IMG/VR virus record: IMGVR_UViG_3300045241_000033 | Location: 1-51,452 of that record | Length of the DNA stretch: 51,452 bases | Reading direction: 5' to 3' (one strand) | DNA from: a virus | Lineage: Duplodnaviria; Caudoviricetes | Shown: positions 16,043 through 24,766 of the stretch, piece by piece | Numbering within the stretch: position 1 is the first letter of the stretch | Layout of the letters: the number at the start of each line of letters is the position of its first letter | Program-made: the position numbers and the translations under genes | The notes under the pieces: model-generated | Seen by the model: the letters and a program-made list of their open reading frames with translations, nothing else | Database searches by the model: none | Told to the model about the DNA's origin: nothing

Positions 16043-17069
16043 GATCCTTCTCCGTCGTCGTGTCGGTCAGACCCGGCAGGTACTCCCGCCGGATCCACTG
16101 GAACGCCTGCGTGCCCTCACCGAACGCAACGGTGATGCCGCCGGTCGCACCGGCCCGTACGTCACCCGCGACGAAGACGCCCGGAATGGACGACTCCTGT
16201 GGGTACGGCGAACGCTCCAGGTACGTGATGCCGTCGTCGCCCGTGTGGTAAAGCGGCCAGTCCTCACGCGGCACGTCGTAGCCTGTGAGGATGTAGCCCT
16301 CGGCGGTCTTGGCCCCGCTGAACCAGCCGGTAGCCGGTACGCCGCCGATGAACACGTAGGTGTGGTCGGGTCGCAGTCCGACCTTGCCCTCGTGCACCGC
16401 GATGGACACGCGGGACAGAGTCTCGTCGCCGTGCGCCGTCGTGATCTCGCCCTGCACCACGGTGATCCACGGCGTCTGATGGCGGGAGCCACGTTCGGCC
16501 GCGAGTCGTTGCCGCAGGTACATGCTTGTGGTCTCGGCGAGCGGGGAACGCGTCAGGATCGTCACTCGACGTGCGCCCTTGTCGGCCAGTGCGAGCGCCA
16601 GCTGCGCGCAGGAGTTTCCTCCTCCGACCAGCATGACGTGCTGACCCGCGTGCTCGTGCAGCGTCGTGGCATCGCACGCGTACTCGACGCCCCGCCCCTC
16701 GTACGGTCGGAGCGCGTCGAGCTTCGGGGTTGTCTCGCCCACAGCGATGATGACGCTGCGTGCGTACAGGTTCCGATCGGCTGTGGCCACCCACAGCTTG
16801 TCACCCATTCGCATGAGCGCGGTGACACGCTGGTCTGTCCACAACTCGGCCCCGAACTTACGAGCCTGCGCCGCGAGACCATCGAACAGCGCAGGCCCAC
16901 TGATGCCCTCGGGGAATCCGGGCACGTTCTCGATGAGCGGGGACTGATACGCCCTACCGCCGAGCGTGCCGGATGCTTCCAGCACGACGACGGACAGGCC
17001 CTCAGATCCCGCCTTGACTGCAGCGGTCAGGCCCGCAGGCCCGCCGCCGATTATGGCGAGGTCGTACAC
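16026..17069 (-). CDS. Thioredoxin reductase-like FAD/NAD(P)H oxidoreductase
   Basis: IIGGGPAG, IENVPGFPEGISG, VGGGNS, PGVFVAGDVR; CxxC is absent (YACDAT). Confidence 0.88.
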   Translation of the reverse strand: MYDLAIIGGGPAGLTAAVKAGSEGLSVVVLEASGTLGGRAYQSPLIENVPGFPEGISGPALFDGLAAQARKFGAELWTDQRVTALMRMGDKLWVATADRNLYARSVIIAVGETTPKLDALRPYEGRGVEYACDATTLHEHAGQHVMLVGGGNSCAQLALALADKGARRVTILTRSPLAETTSMYLRQRLAAERGSRHQTPWITVVQGEITTAHGDETLSRVSIAVHEGKVGLRPDHTYVFIGGVPATGWFSGAKTAEGYILTGYDVPREDWPLYHTGDDGITYLERSPYPQESSIPGVFVAGDVRAGATGGITVAFGEGTQAFQWIRREYLPGLTDTTTEKDRVEVL

Positions 17070-17071
17070 GG

Positions 17072-17260
17072 TCAGTCCTCGCTCGCGGTTTCCGTGACGA
17101 ATGAGTCGATACCGTCAGGCTCGAAGAGCCACTGGATACTCGTCTCGAAGTTGTTCGCCTTGAGGGTCTTAGCGCCGCCCTCGGCGGCTTCCAGGGACGC
17201 GAAGGGCCCGACTACGTCAGGCCACTCGCTGTCCTGCCACTGTGCAAGCACGACGTACAT
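17072..17260 (-). CDS. Hypothetical protein
   Basis: Motif plus AAAGGAAGGA RBS; MYVVLAQW...VGPFAS.EAA. Confidence 0.7.
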   Translation of the reverse strand: MYVVLAQWQDSEWPDVVGPFASLEAAEGGAKTLKANNFETSIQWLFEPDGIDSFVTETASED

Positions 17261-17637
17261 GTGTCCTTCCTTTCTGGCGGGGATATGGGTGTAGCAGGTT
17301 CTCCCGCGCCCTACCCGCCGCATGGAGTAGGGCACGGCAGAACCCGCCAGGATTTCTGCCGGTTGCGCGCCGGAGCGCGCTACGTCTTGATACCGCCGCG
17401 CCTTGCGATCTCGGCCCAAATCGTCCGCTGGCGCGGACACCATAGGATCGCTCGGTCGTCGGTGAACTTCACGAGCTGTAGCAGCTCGCCGGTCGTGTAC
17501 GCGTCTAGCTCGGCGCGCGTCATGACTCGCACTCCACGAAGTCCCAAAACTCAGGCATGTCGGGCGTGATGCGCGGTGGCCCGTCGTAATCGCCGCCGCC
17601 CGGACGTGTGTCCACGTCCTCGGGAAGCTCTACCCAA

Positions 17638-18060
17638 CTAGCCACGGTCGATCACTTCCAGCGCGGATATGTCGCAGAGCGCCGCGTCGATATCGTCGGG
17701 CGTGAACCCAACCGCGAGCAGGTCGTCGCGAAGGTACTCGTCCTCATCCCCCGCGATCTCACGGGGGTAGTCGTCGCCCGAGTCGGACTCGACGCCCCAG
17801 ATTCCGGGCGTGCTTAGGTGGAATACCTCGTCCACGCGGCCGGGCCGCGTAAGTGTGATCTCGGCCGCGAGCCTGATACCGCGCATGTGCCAGTCGCCGC
17901 GCTCGTATGCGTCCAGCCGCTCGGCGTCCTGCGCGCGGTACTTCGCGGCTTCCTCCGGCGGGATGCTCGGCTCGTTGTAGTCCTGGGTCAACCAAGACAA
18001 GTCGGGCGACTCGTCACAGATAGACTCGATGAACACGCGAAGGGATCGCGTCGTAGGCAT
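17638..18060 (-). CDS. Hypothetical early protein
   Basis: 140 aa acidic; motif plus RBS. Confidence 0.75.
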   Translation of the reverse strand: MPTTRSLRVFIESICDESPDLSWLTQDYNEPSIPPEEAAKYRAQDAERLDAYERGDWHMRGIRLAAEITLTRPGRVDEVFHLSTPGIWGVESDSGDDYPREIAGDEDEYLRDDLLAVGFTPDDIDAALCDISALEVIDRG

Positions 18061-18185
18061 GGTGTTCCTTTCTGGCGGGGTTTACCGGCGCTTCGCCGGT
18101 CTGTGATCGTGACACGTTGTCGAGCCAAGGCGGGAGAGTGCAGGGCAGATTTTTGCCCCGCACTCGATGCAACCTTTGGGCGCTT

Positions 18186-18521
18186 TCATTGACCGATGAC
18201 GGCCGCCGACGGCTGGTCGTCCACCGGCCGCTTGCCTTCGGCTTTGAGAATGGCGTCACGCAGTGCGCGCGACGGCTTGAAGATGAGCGACCCGTTAGGG
18301 CCCTGCTCAACCTCACCGAGAAGCTCTCGACCGTAGCCTGCGCTGCCGCGCGTGGCGTGAATACGTACGCTGTCGCTATCGTCTTCGCGCCAGTTGGCGA
18401 CCATCTGAACCTCTGCGCCAACGTGCCAGCCGCGAATGTGCCCGTGTATCCCGGAGCCTATATCGCCCATGCGGGAAGTACCGCCACGGTTGCCCTGAAT
18501 CTCTGCGTAGAAACGTGCCAT
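18186..18521 (-). CDS. Hypothetical early protein
   Basis: MARFYAEIQGNRG...GWHVG; motif plus RBS. Confidence 0.75.
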   Translation of the reverse strand: MARFYAEIQGNRGGTSRMGDIGSGIHGHIRGWHVGAEVQMVANWREDDSDSVRIHATRGSAGYGRELLGEVEQGPNGSLIFKPSRALRDAILKAEGKRPVDDQPSAAVIGQ

Positions 18522-18619
18522 GGTGTGTGTGTGTCCTTTCTGGCGGGGTAGAGCGTTAGGAGCCGCTCCGGGATGCTCCGGTCTGAGCCGGAGTCACCCG
18601 CAACGCTCACCGCGCTTCG

Positions 18620-18724
18620 TTAGAGGATTGCCGCAGCGCGCAGGATTAGCTGGGCGATATCAGCGGCTAGCGCGAACGCCACGCAAGCGACCGCGAGCAG
18701 GAATAGTCCGAAGGTGCCGGTCAT
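18620..18724 (-). CDS. Small hydrophobic peptide, 34 aa (not in ORF track)
   Basis: Motif plus AAAGGA; MTGTFGLFLLAVACVAFALAADIAQLILRAAAIL. Confidence 0.55.
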   Translation of the reverse strand: MTGTFGLFLLAVACVAFALAADIAQLILRAAAIL

Positions 18725-18831
18725 GGTGTGTCCTTTCTGGCGGGGAACAGGTGGAGCGGCCTACTTGGACTTAGGCGTCCCTTTCAACCGCTCCGCGCCG
18801 CTCCGGTCAGGCCGGAGTCGGGCGCAACGGT

Positions 18832-19014
18832 CTAGCTACCTGCGAGCAGGACGCACAGGACGCGCGTCCGGTCGATGTCCTCGGCTACTTGCCAAACCTC
18901 GTAGCCTTCGCTCGGCCCAGCGTTCGCCTCGATGTAGTCGAGGGCGTCGTCATAGCTGCGATGCAGAGGGCTGCGCTCGTCGCGCGGATCAGCGGTGAAA
19001 ACGACTTCGTACAT
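18832..19014 (-). CDS. Hypothetical early protein
   Basis: 60 aa; motif plus GGAGG. Confidence 0.65.
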   Translation of the reverse strand: MYEVVFTADPRDERSPLHRSYDDALDYIEANAGPSEGYEVWQVAEDIDRTRVLCVLLAGS

Positions 19015-19354
19015 GGTGCCTCCATTCTGGCGGGTGAAGTGACCTTAGAGCGGCCGGGGTTTCGTACGGGGGAGGATCGCTCCAGGCAGCGCAGGCATAG
19101 CGCAACAGAGCGTTACCTATGGCGTACCCTCGGCAGGATCCGTATCCCTCGGGAACGTCCCTAGCCGCTCTAATCTCACTTCGTCGTATCTCGGGCATCG
19201 TCCCCTAGTTTCCTCTTGCCGCACGCTTCTCTCGTGCCGGGCTATGAGTCGGCCGGACTACTTAGTTTCCCTCATCCCGTCCGCTTCGCTCCTGCTGTAC
19301 CGACCTACCATCTCTGGCGGACTCGGCCTCGGCCTCTGCATTCGGTATGGCCTC

Positions 19355-19382
19355 AATCTAGCAGCTGTACAGCCGCCGTCAA
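19355..19382 (-). promoter_or_regulatory. Putative housekeeping-sigma early promoter
   Basis: TTGACG-N16-TAGATT facing the early genes; palindrome GCTGTACAGC in the spacer. Confidence 0.5.
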
Positions 19383-20337
19383 GGGGTCTGGACAGTTCCG
19401 TACAGACTCTTTACATCTGCCTGTCTAGGCCTGTATCCATGCGGGCCAGGTCTGGCCGGATGCTGGACAGTCCGGTGCATGCTGGACGTTCTGCAAGTGG
19501 ACACGTAGCAGGCTATCGTCCGCCACGGCCTCGATGCGGGGGCTGGTCATGCGTTCGTACAGCGGGGCTTGACCGTGGGATGACAGGCAATCACGACCGT
19601 GTCCGTGCCCAACCTCTCGACGTCCTACTACACCAGTGGCAACGATGACCCACTACCGCAGTAGTGCACGGCTGACCCCGTGGCTAGCCGTTGTGAGACC
19701 GTGGCAGGCATCGACGGCTGGGGCTCGGCGTACCATGAAACGGCCGATCCTGGCCCCCCTTACCTCCCGCGCGCGTACTTTGGAATGCCCGTGTACGGAT
19801 TCAGGAGCCCTGCACGGAATCGATCGATCGATCCCCCGGATCCCTGCATCCATACGGAAAATGCGGTGCGGTGCGCTCTATACAGTGGACCAATAGTTCC
19901 TCCTCCTCCCTTTCGGTCGGAGGATTGGGAAGAAGAGGTCTTTGGAAAACCATGGTAAGAGCTATATAGGTATATAGGGGCCCACCCAGCCTCCCCGAGG
20001 ACTCCCTGCTGTTGCCTTCCCCAGCATCGCCGAGGGAGGCCGCACGTCGCTCAATCGGTCGAAAACGGGGGCTCTACGTGGGGCGCGACGAGCGCGGTGA
20101 CCGTTCCCCGACGGCTTGAACAAGCGACGATGTCGGAGCCCCGGCCGCCCGCCAGGGCACGGCCGGTACCAGATAGGCTCCTGGGCATCCTCCCGGTGGG
20201 GGAGAGGCTCATCTTCCCTGGAAGAGGATCCGCAGAAGCTCTTTCACCGGGAGGGTTGTAGAAACCACCCTGATTCTCGTTTAAAGGGTGCCAGGGCATC
20301 TTTTCGGCGGACGGTGGAGATCGCCCTGGCACTCTTT

Positions 20338-20386
20338 GACCGTGGCTGGATAGGAAGCACGGGGGTTCGATCCCCCTACACGGTCA
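20338..20386 (+). ncRNA. tRNA-like mini RNA 1 (no anticodon arm)
   Basis: GACCGTG/CACGGTC acceptor-like stem plus A; GCT-GGATAGGA-AGC D-like arm; GGGGG-TTCGAT-CCCCC T-like arm. Confidence 0.6.
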
Positions 20387-20399
20387 CAGTCCGCAAGCA

Positions 20400-20464
20400 G
20401 ACCTCGCTAGGTAGACCGGGGCACTTCGGTGTCACGGGCAAGGGTTCGAGTCCCGCTGAGGTCA
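20400..20464 (+). ncRNA. tRNA-like mini RNA 2 (UUCG-capped arm in place of the anticodon)
   Basis: GACCTCG/TGAGGTC stem plus A; AGGTA D-like loop; GGCAC-TTCG-GTGTC; GGG-TTCGAGT-CCC. Confidence 0.6.
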
Positions 20465-20466
20465 TA

Positions 20467-20805
20467 GGGATAGGTCAGTCGGATGTCGTGCGCGCTTGCC
20501 CACGGCTCGGCTGAAGGGTCTACGACGCATATGCGTTGCGCTTCAACGCAGGTGGCTCGGGTGCAGTCCTTGCATCCGCTGTCGGAGGTGAAGGGGATCC
20601 GTGGTCTTTTTGGGGCTGCGGTGATCTGGAGCTGATGGCGGTGGGTGGGCGGTGCCCGTGGTCGAACTGAAACGGAGTGCGCGCGGCGTAACGGGGCTCG
20701 ATGTGTCGCAGGGCGTCTTGGAGCTGCAACTCCTCGGTACCGAGCGGCCGTGATCTTAGTCGGGTCGGTTCGTGCTTGTGAGCCGATCGATTACTGACCT
20801 GTCCC
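20467..20805 (+). ncRNA. Candidate ~340 nt structured ncRNA
   Basis: 13 bp closing helix GGGATAGGTCAGT/ACTGACCTGTCCC, several internal hairpins with G-U pairs, no credible ORF. Confidence 0.55.
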
Positions 20806-20898
20806 TTCCCTTTGCCCCTCGACCGAATCGGATTAGAACACGGGCCGGTCGAGGGGCATTTCTTTGTAAACACACCTAGGCGAGGAGAGAAACTCACT

Positions 20899-21582
20899 AT
20901 GGATGATCGCATTTGGCTTCCGGACGGTACGACCGTCCTGCCTAACGTGCTCGACGACGAGTTCGAGAAGTCGAACGTCGCGAACGTGCCGTGGAGCCTC
21001 ACGCTCGCAAACGCCGCTACGCTGGCCCTGACCTCCGCCGCCGCCGAGTTCATCACAGGCGGCCAGGCGATGAAGTTCACGTCCGGCACCGCGGCCAGCT
21101 CTGAGATCCACAAGTACCTCCCGATCCCGCAGCGGGCTATGGGCCCGCGCGGCGGTGGAGAGGTCGGCGTGGAGTGGATCTTCTCCGTCATGGACGAGAA
21201 CCCCTCGAACCTCGCCTTCTACGTGTCCTACCGCGATCAGGCGAACTGGATCCGAGCAAAGCTGCTCCATGTCTTCACCACGAACGTCTGGAGCTACCAG
21301 GACTCGGCCGGAGTGCAGCAGGCGCTGATGACGCGTGACACGTCCGAGAACACGGCTGTCCCACGGTGGCACCGTGTCGTCATGAGTATCGACGTCATCA
21401 AGAACACCTGGAAGCAGCTGACGATTGACGAGATGGACTTCTCGTCTGTGGTCAGTCTCCTACCGCTCCGCAACACCGCAGATGCCACGGCCCCGTCCTT
21501 GCTCGACTTCGCCGTCGAGTTCACGAACACGGCCACGCCCGGCGTGCTCAACATCGACAGCGTCCGTAGCTGGTACCGCTAA
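20899..21582 (+). CDS. Hypothetical beta-rich protein, possibly virion-associated
   Basis: RBS GAGGAG before ATG 20899; first gene of the late arm. Confidence 0.7.
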   Translation: MDDRIWLPDGTTVLPNVLDDEFEKSNVANVPWSLTLANAATLALTSAAAEFITGGQAMKFTSGTAASSEIHKYLPIPQRAMGPRGGGEVGVEWIFSVMDENPSNLAFYVSYRDQANWIRAKLLHVFTTNVWSYQDSAGVQQALMTRDTSENTAVPRWHRVVMSIDVIKNTWKQLTIDEMDFSSVVSLLPLRNTADATAPSLLDFAVEFTNTATPGVLNIDSVRSWYR

Positions 21583-22017
21583 ATGGCTCGTAAAGCCGTC
21601 GGCGTCAAGACGTCAAGCGACCCAGCCGCGGGAGCCGAGCTGACCTACGTGGCCGACGAGGACATGGTCGTCATGTCGGCGCGCATCACGTTCGTGACTT
21701 CCGGAGTGGTGGCCAACAGGTTCCCGGCCTTCGTCGCTGACGACGGTAACGCGGCCAACGAGTTCTTCCGTGTGGCGGACGCAACGGGTCGCGCAGCCAG
21801 CACCACCACCCAGTACGCGCTGTTCGCGGGCGCACCGACCTCCGGACTCAGCGCCGGGTTCGGCCTCCCCGCCATGGGGCTGAAGCTCCGCAAGGGAGAT
21901 CGCCTCCGAACCATCACGTCAGCCCTTGACGTCGGCGATAACTACTCCGCGATGGTGCTCCAGGTCGAGCGCATGCCGGAAGCGTTTCGTCAGAGCCAGG
22001 ACTTCCTGGACGCATAA
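21583..22017 (+). CDS. Hypothetical protein, possibly virion-associated
   Basis: 144 aa, abuts the upstream stop. Confidence 0.7.
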   Translation: MARKAVGVKTSSDPAAGAELTYVADEDMVVMSARITFVTSGVVANRFPAFVADDGNAANEFFRVADATGRAASTTTQYALFAGAPTSGLSAGFGLPAMGLKLRKGDRLRTITSALDVGDNYSAMVLQVERMPEAFRQSQDFLDA

Positions 22018-22050
22018 CCCCCAACCGTCCGCCAACTTTTAGGAGACAGC

Positions 22051-22194
22051 ATGACCTTCGCTGCAAACTGCAAGGACTGTACCAACGCCGGGATCCGCAA
22101 GGTCAAGGCGCTCGCCTTCTGGACGTGCGACGTCTGCGGTGAGAAGACCGACAAGTACGCCTGCCCGAACATCTGCGGCACGAGGCGACCTTGA
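22051..22194 (+). CDS. Small Cys-rich Zn-finger protein, 47 aa (not in ORF track)
   Basis: AGGAG RBS; CKDC...CDVC...CPNIC. Confidence 0.6.
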   Translation: MTFAANCKDCTNAGIRKVKALAFWTCDVCGEKTDKYACPNICGTRRP

Positions 22195-22391
22195 GCAACG
22201 GGGGCGGCTTCAAGTGGGCGTTCGGTATCGACGGTGAAGGCACGAAGTGGGAGCGGTTCAAGCGCTCGCTCGGGCCTATGTCGGAGGAGCAGACCGAGGC
22301 ATGGAAGCCGATCTCCTACGCCATGAAGTTCGTCGGCGGACTCTACATCGCCGGATTCATCATCGCCGTAATCTACACGCACGTCGGTTAG
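22191..22391 (+). CDS. Small membrane protein
   Basis: C-terminal hydrophobic helix; TTGA coupling. Confidence 0.6.
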   Translation: MSNGGGFKWAFGIDGEGTKWERFKRSLGPMSEEQTEAWKPISYAMKFVGGLYIAGFIIAVIYTHVG

Positions 22392-22394
22392 ACG

Positions 22395-23933
22395 GTGGAC
22401 TACCGCTCGCTGACCGCGGGCGGGACACATCGAGCAGAAGACCTGACCCGCGAGCTGCTTCCGGGCATGCTCGAAGCCCACGCGGTCAAGTACCTCTGGT
22501 TCCTGCAGAAGGGTTATCGCCCGCACATCTGGCAGATGCTCTTCCACTCCGCACGTAACGGGGGTGGCCTCGCGCGTTTCCGCCACCTCGTGGCCGGACG
22601 ACGCGGAGGCAAGACTCTGAGCGCAGCGTGGGAGGCACTCTTCTATGCGCTCCACCCGCGCGAGTTCCATCGAGACCGTCACGGTGTCGAGTCGGATCGC
22701 CCGCTGTGGATCTGGGGCCTGGCGAAAGATCATAAGCTCGGAGGCCCGAGCCTCGTCACGTTCATGGACGTGATCCGGCAGGCCGGGCTCGTCAAGAACA
22801 CCGACTACACGTACAACAAGACGGAGAAGGTCTTCGAGTTCTTCGGCCCCGGCGAACAACTGCTCGCGCGCGTCGAGTTCAAGACCGCCGTCGATCCGCA
22901 GTCACTGCGCGGTGCAGGCCTCGACATCCTCTGGATTGACGAGTCCGCCTTCATCACGACGCAGGAGGCGTGGAACGTCGTCTTCCCGGCGCTCGCCGAC
23001 AAGGAAGGCATGGTCATCACGACCACGACGCCGAACGGCAAGAACTGGTTCCACAAGCTCTTCTGGAGCGACCGTGCGCGACTCGACCTGAATCAGTTCC
23101 GCGTCGAGTACACGAGCATCGACAACCCCTACTTCAAGCGATCGGAGTGGGACTATGCCCTTGAGCACTACCACCCGTGGATGTTCCGGCAAGAGTTCAT
23201 GGCGTCCTTCGATGCGATGGCAGGTATCGCCCTCCCCGGAGACTGGCTCAAGTTCTGGGTGCGGGGAAACCCCGACATCCAGACGGACGACATTGGTCTG
23301 CCGATGGACGACAGCGGACAGCGGTACGACCTGCGGCTCTTCATCGGGGTAGATCCGGCGATCAGCCTCGCGGACACCGCCGACCACTTCGCCATGGCGC
23401 TCATCGGGATCACCCGACAGGGCGACCAGGCGTTCCTGATCGATTACTTCGTTGACAGGATCCAGTTCCCGGATCAGCTCGACAAGGTTCGCGAGTGGTT
23501 CCTGAAGTGGCGGCCGGAGAACATCGGCATCGAGTCGAACGCGTATCAGCGCGCGCTCATGCAGATGACGGCGCGCATGCAGGGTCTTCCACCCGTAACG
23601 GCAGTGATGTCGAAGGGGAAGAAGGAAGACCGCATCCTCGGGCTGGGGCCGCTCTTCAAGATCGGCACCGTCCGGATCAACAAGGAGCACCGCGAGTTCA
23701 TCGACCAGTGGGTGTCGTACGACCCCGAGAAGAAGAACGGGGACGACGACCTCCTGGACGCCGTTGAGATCGCGCTCGGCTCCGCGGGAGTTCTGCTCCC
23801 GATGATGCCGCACGTAGACCTCTTCCCCGGTGATGCCGAAGGCGGCTCGCTGGAGGAGCAGGCCTGGTTGCAGATCCAGAACAGCAAGGACAAGAACCGA
23901 TCCTACGATCCCGAGACGGGCTCGGAGGGCTAA
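22395..23933 (+). CDS. terL: Terminase large subunit
   Basis: AGRRGGKT Walker A, LRGAGLDILWIDES Walker B, TTPNGKNW, nuclease GVDPA...DDLLDA. Confidence 0.95.
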   Translation: MDYRSLTAGGTHRAEDLTRELLPGMLEAHAVKYLWFLQKGYRPHIWQMLFHSARNGGGLARFRHLVAGRRGGKTLSAAWEALFYALHPREFHRDRHGVESDRPLWIWGLAKDHKLGGPSLVTFMDVIRQAGLVKNTDYTYNKTEKVFEFFGPGEQLLARVEFKTAVDPQSLRGAGLDILWIDESAFITTQEAWNVVFPALADKEGMVITTTTPNGKNWFHKLFWSDRARLDLNQFRVEYTSIDNPYFKRSEWDYALEHYHPWMFRQEFMASFDAMAGIALPGDWLKFWVRGNPDIQTDDIGLPMDDSGQRYDLRLFIGVDPAISLADTADHFAMALIGITRQGDQAFLIDYFVDRIQFPDQLDKVREWFLKWRPENIGIESNAYQRALMQMTARMQGLPPVTAVMSKGKKEDRILGLGPLFKIGTVRINKEHREFIDQWVSYDPEKKNGDDDLLDAVEIALGSAGVLLPMMPHVDLFPGDAEGGSLEEQAWLQIQNSKDKNRSYDPETGSEG

Positions 23934-23951
23934 GCACACGAGAGGAAGGGC

Positions 23952-24413
23952 ATGGCCATCAACTCGCACATCCAAGACCATCTCGACAAGCGTTCGGGTG
24001 GCCTTACGTACGTCGCCTCCGGCGAGGTGGCGCATATCACCTCCGTATCCGTTTCCGCGCAGCGCATCGCTGAACTGGAGCGGGTAGCCGACGTAACGGG
24101 ACACGAACTACAACTCGTCGGGCAGGTTCTCACGCTCGTACCTAAGGGCTCGGTTCAGGTCGGGCAGTTCACCGTCACCATCGCCTCACCGGGCGTATTC
24201 ACGCTGACCGCGCACGGCCTGTCCGTGGGGAGCGCCATCAAGCTCACCACGACCAGCGCGCTCCCGACCGGCCTCTCGGCCGGAGTCGTGTACTACGTCA
24301 TCGCAGCGGGCTTCGGAGCTAACAGCTTCCAGGTGTCGCTCACTCCCGGAGGCGCGGCCGTTAACACGTCGGTCTCGCAGTCCGGCACGCACACGGCCTG
24401 GAAAGCGGTCTAA
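23952..24413 (+). CDS. Virion-associated protein with SPxVFT..AHGL..G beta module
   Basis: C-terminal ~75 aa module also present in 32093-34549. Confidence 0.7.
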   Translation: MAINSHIQDHLDKRSGGLTYVASGEVAHITSVSVSAQRIAELERVADVTGHELQLVGQVLTLVPKGSVQVGQFTVTIASPGVFTLTAHGLSVGSAIKLTTTSALPTGLSAGVVYYVIAAGFGANSFQVSLTPGGAAVNTSVSQSGTHTAWKAV

Positions 24414-24751
24414 TGTTTGGCCTCGTCCGCACGAGTACCGTTGAGCGTCTCCTTCGGGAGACGCTCGCAGAGCGCGAGCGCATGGTGCAGGTCCTGATCG
24501 AGCAGATCGAGTACCTGCGCGCACAGGTAGGCATGGCGACGACAACCGTCGGCATGGCCGCAGACCTGCAGCCGCGTTACACGCCCTACGCCGTAGGCAC
24601 TGACACTCCCGAGATGGAGTTGGGCAACTTCCTCAGCGATGAGGAGGAGCAGATCGAAGCCATGCGCCAGTCGGGAATGATCTCCGAGTTCGAGTTCCAA
24701 GCGGCCAAGGAAAAACTCAAGGCCGCGCCCGAGCGCGACATCATCGAGTAG
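24413..24751 (+). CDS. Hypothetical coiled-coil protein
   Basis: 112 aa immediately upstream of the portal. Confidence 0.7.
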   Translation: MFGLVRTSTVERLLRETLAERERMVQVLIEQIEYLRAQVGMATTTVGMAADLQPRYTPYAVGTDTPEMELGNFLSDEEEQIEAMRQSGMISEFEFQAAKEKLKAAPERDIIE

Positions 24752-24766
24752 CGAAGGAGGTGACAG

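Larger units (their letters stand above)
13821..19034 (-). promoter_or_regulatory. Start-associated motif CCCGCCAG, 8 copies immediately upstream of RBSs
   Basis: Plus-strand ctggcggg at 13821, 14386, 15615, 17274, 18072, 18540, 18737, 19027. Confidence 0.85.

Noticed and set aside
15930-17294. Long antisense ORFs (for example 454 aa here, 22902-24104, 32849-33937, 45562-46329)
   Set aside because: Shadow frames of clear genes in high-GC DNA, with no recognisable motifs.
19200-20330. ORFs in the central divergent region
   Set aside because: No RBSs, atypical composition, and overlap with promoter and stem-loop elements.
20467-20805. RNase P RNA, tmRNA or SRP RNA
   Set aside because: Lacks GAGGAAAGTCC, a 3' T-arm/CCA end with a tag frame, and the SRP GGAAG loop motif.
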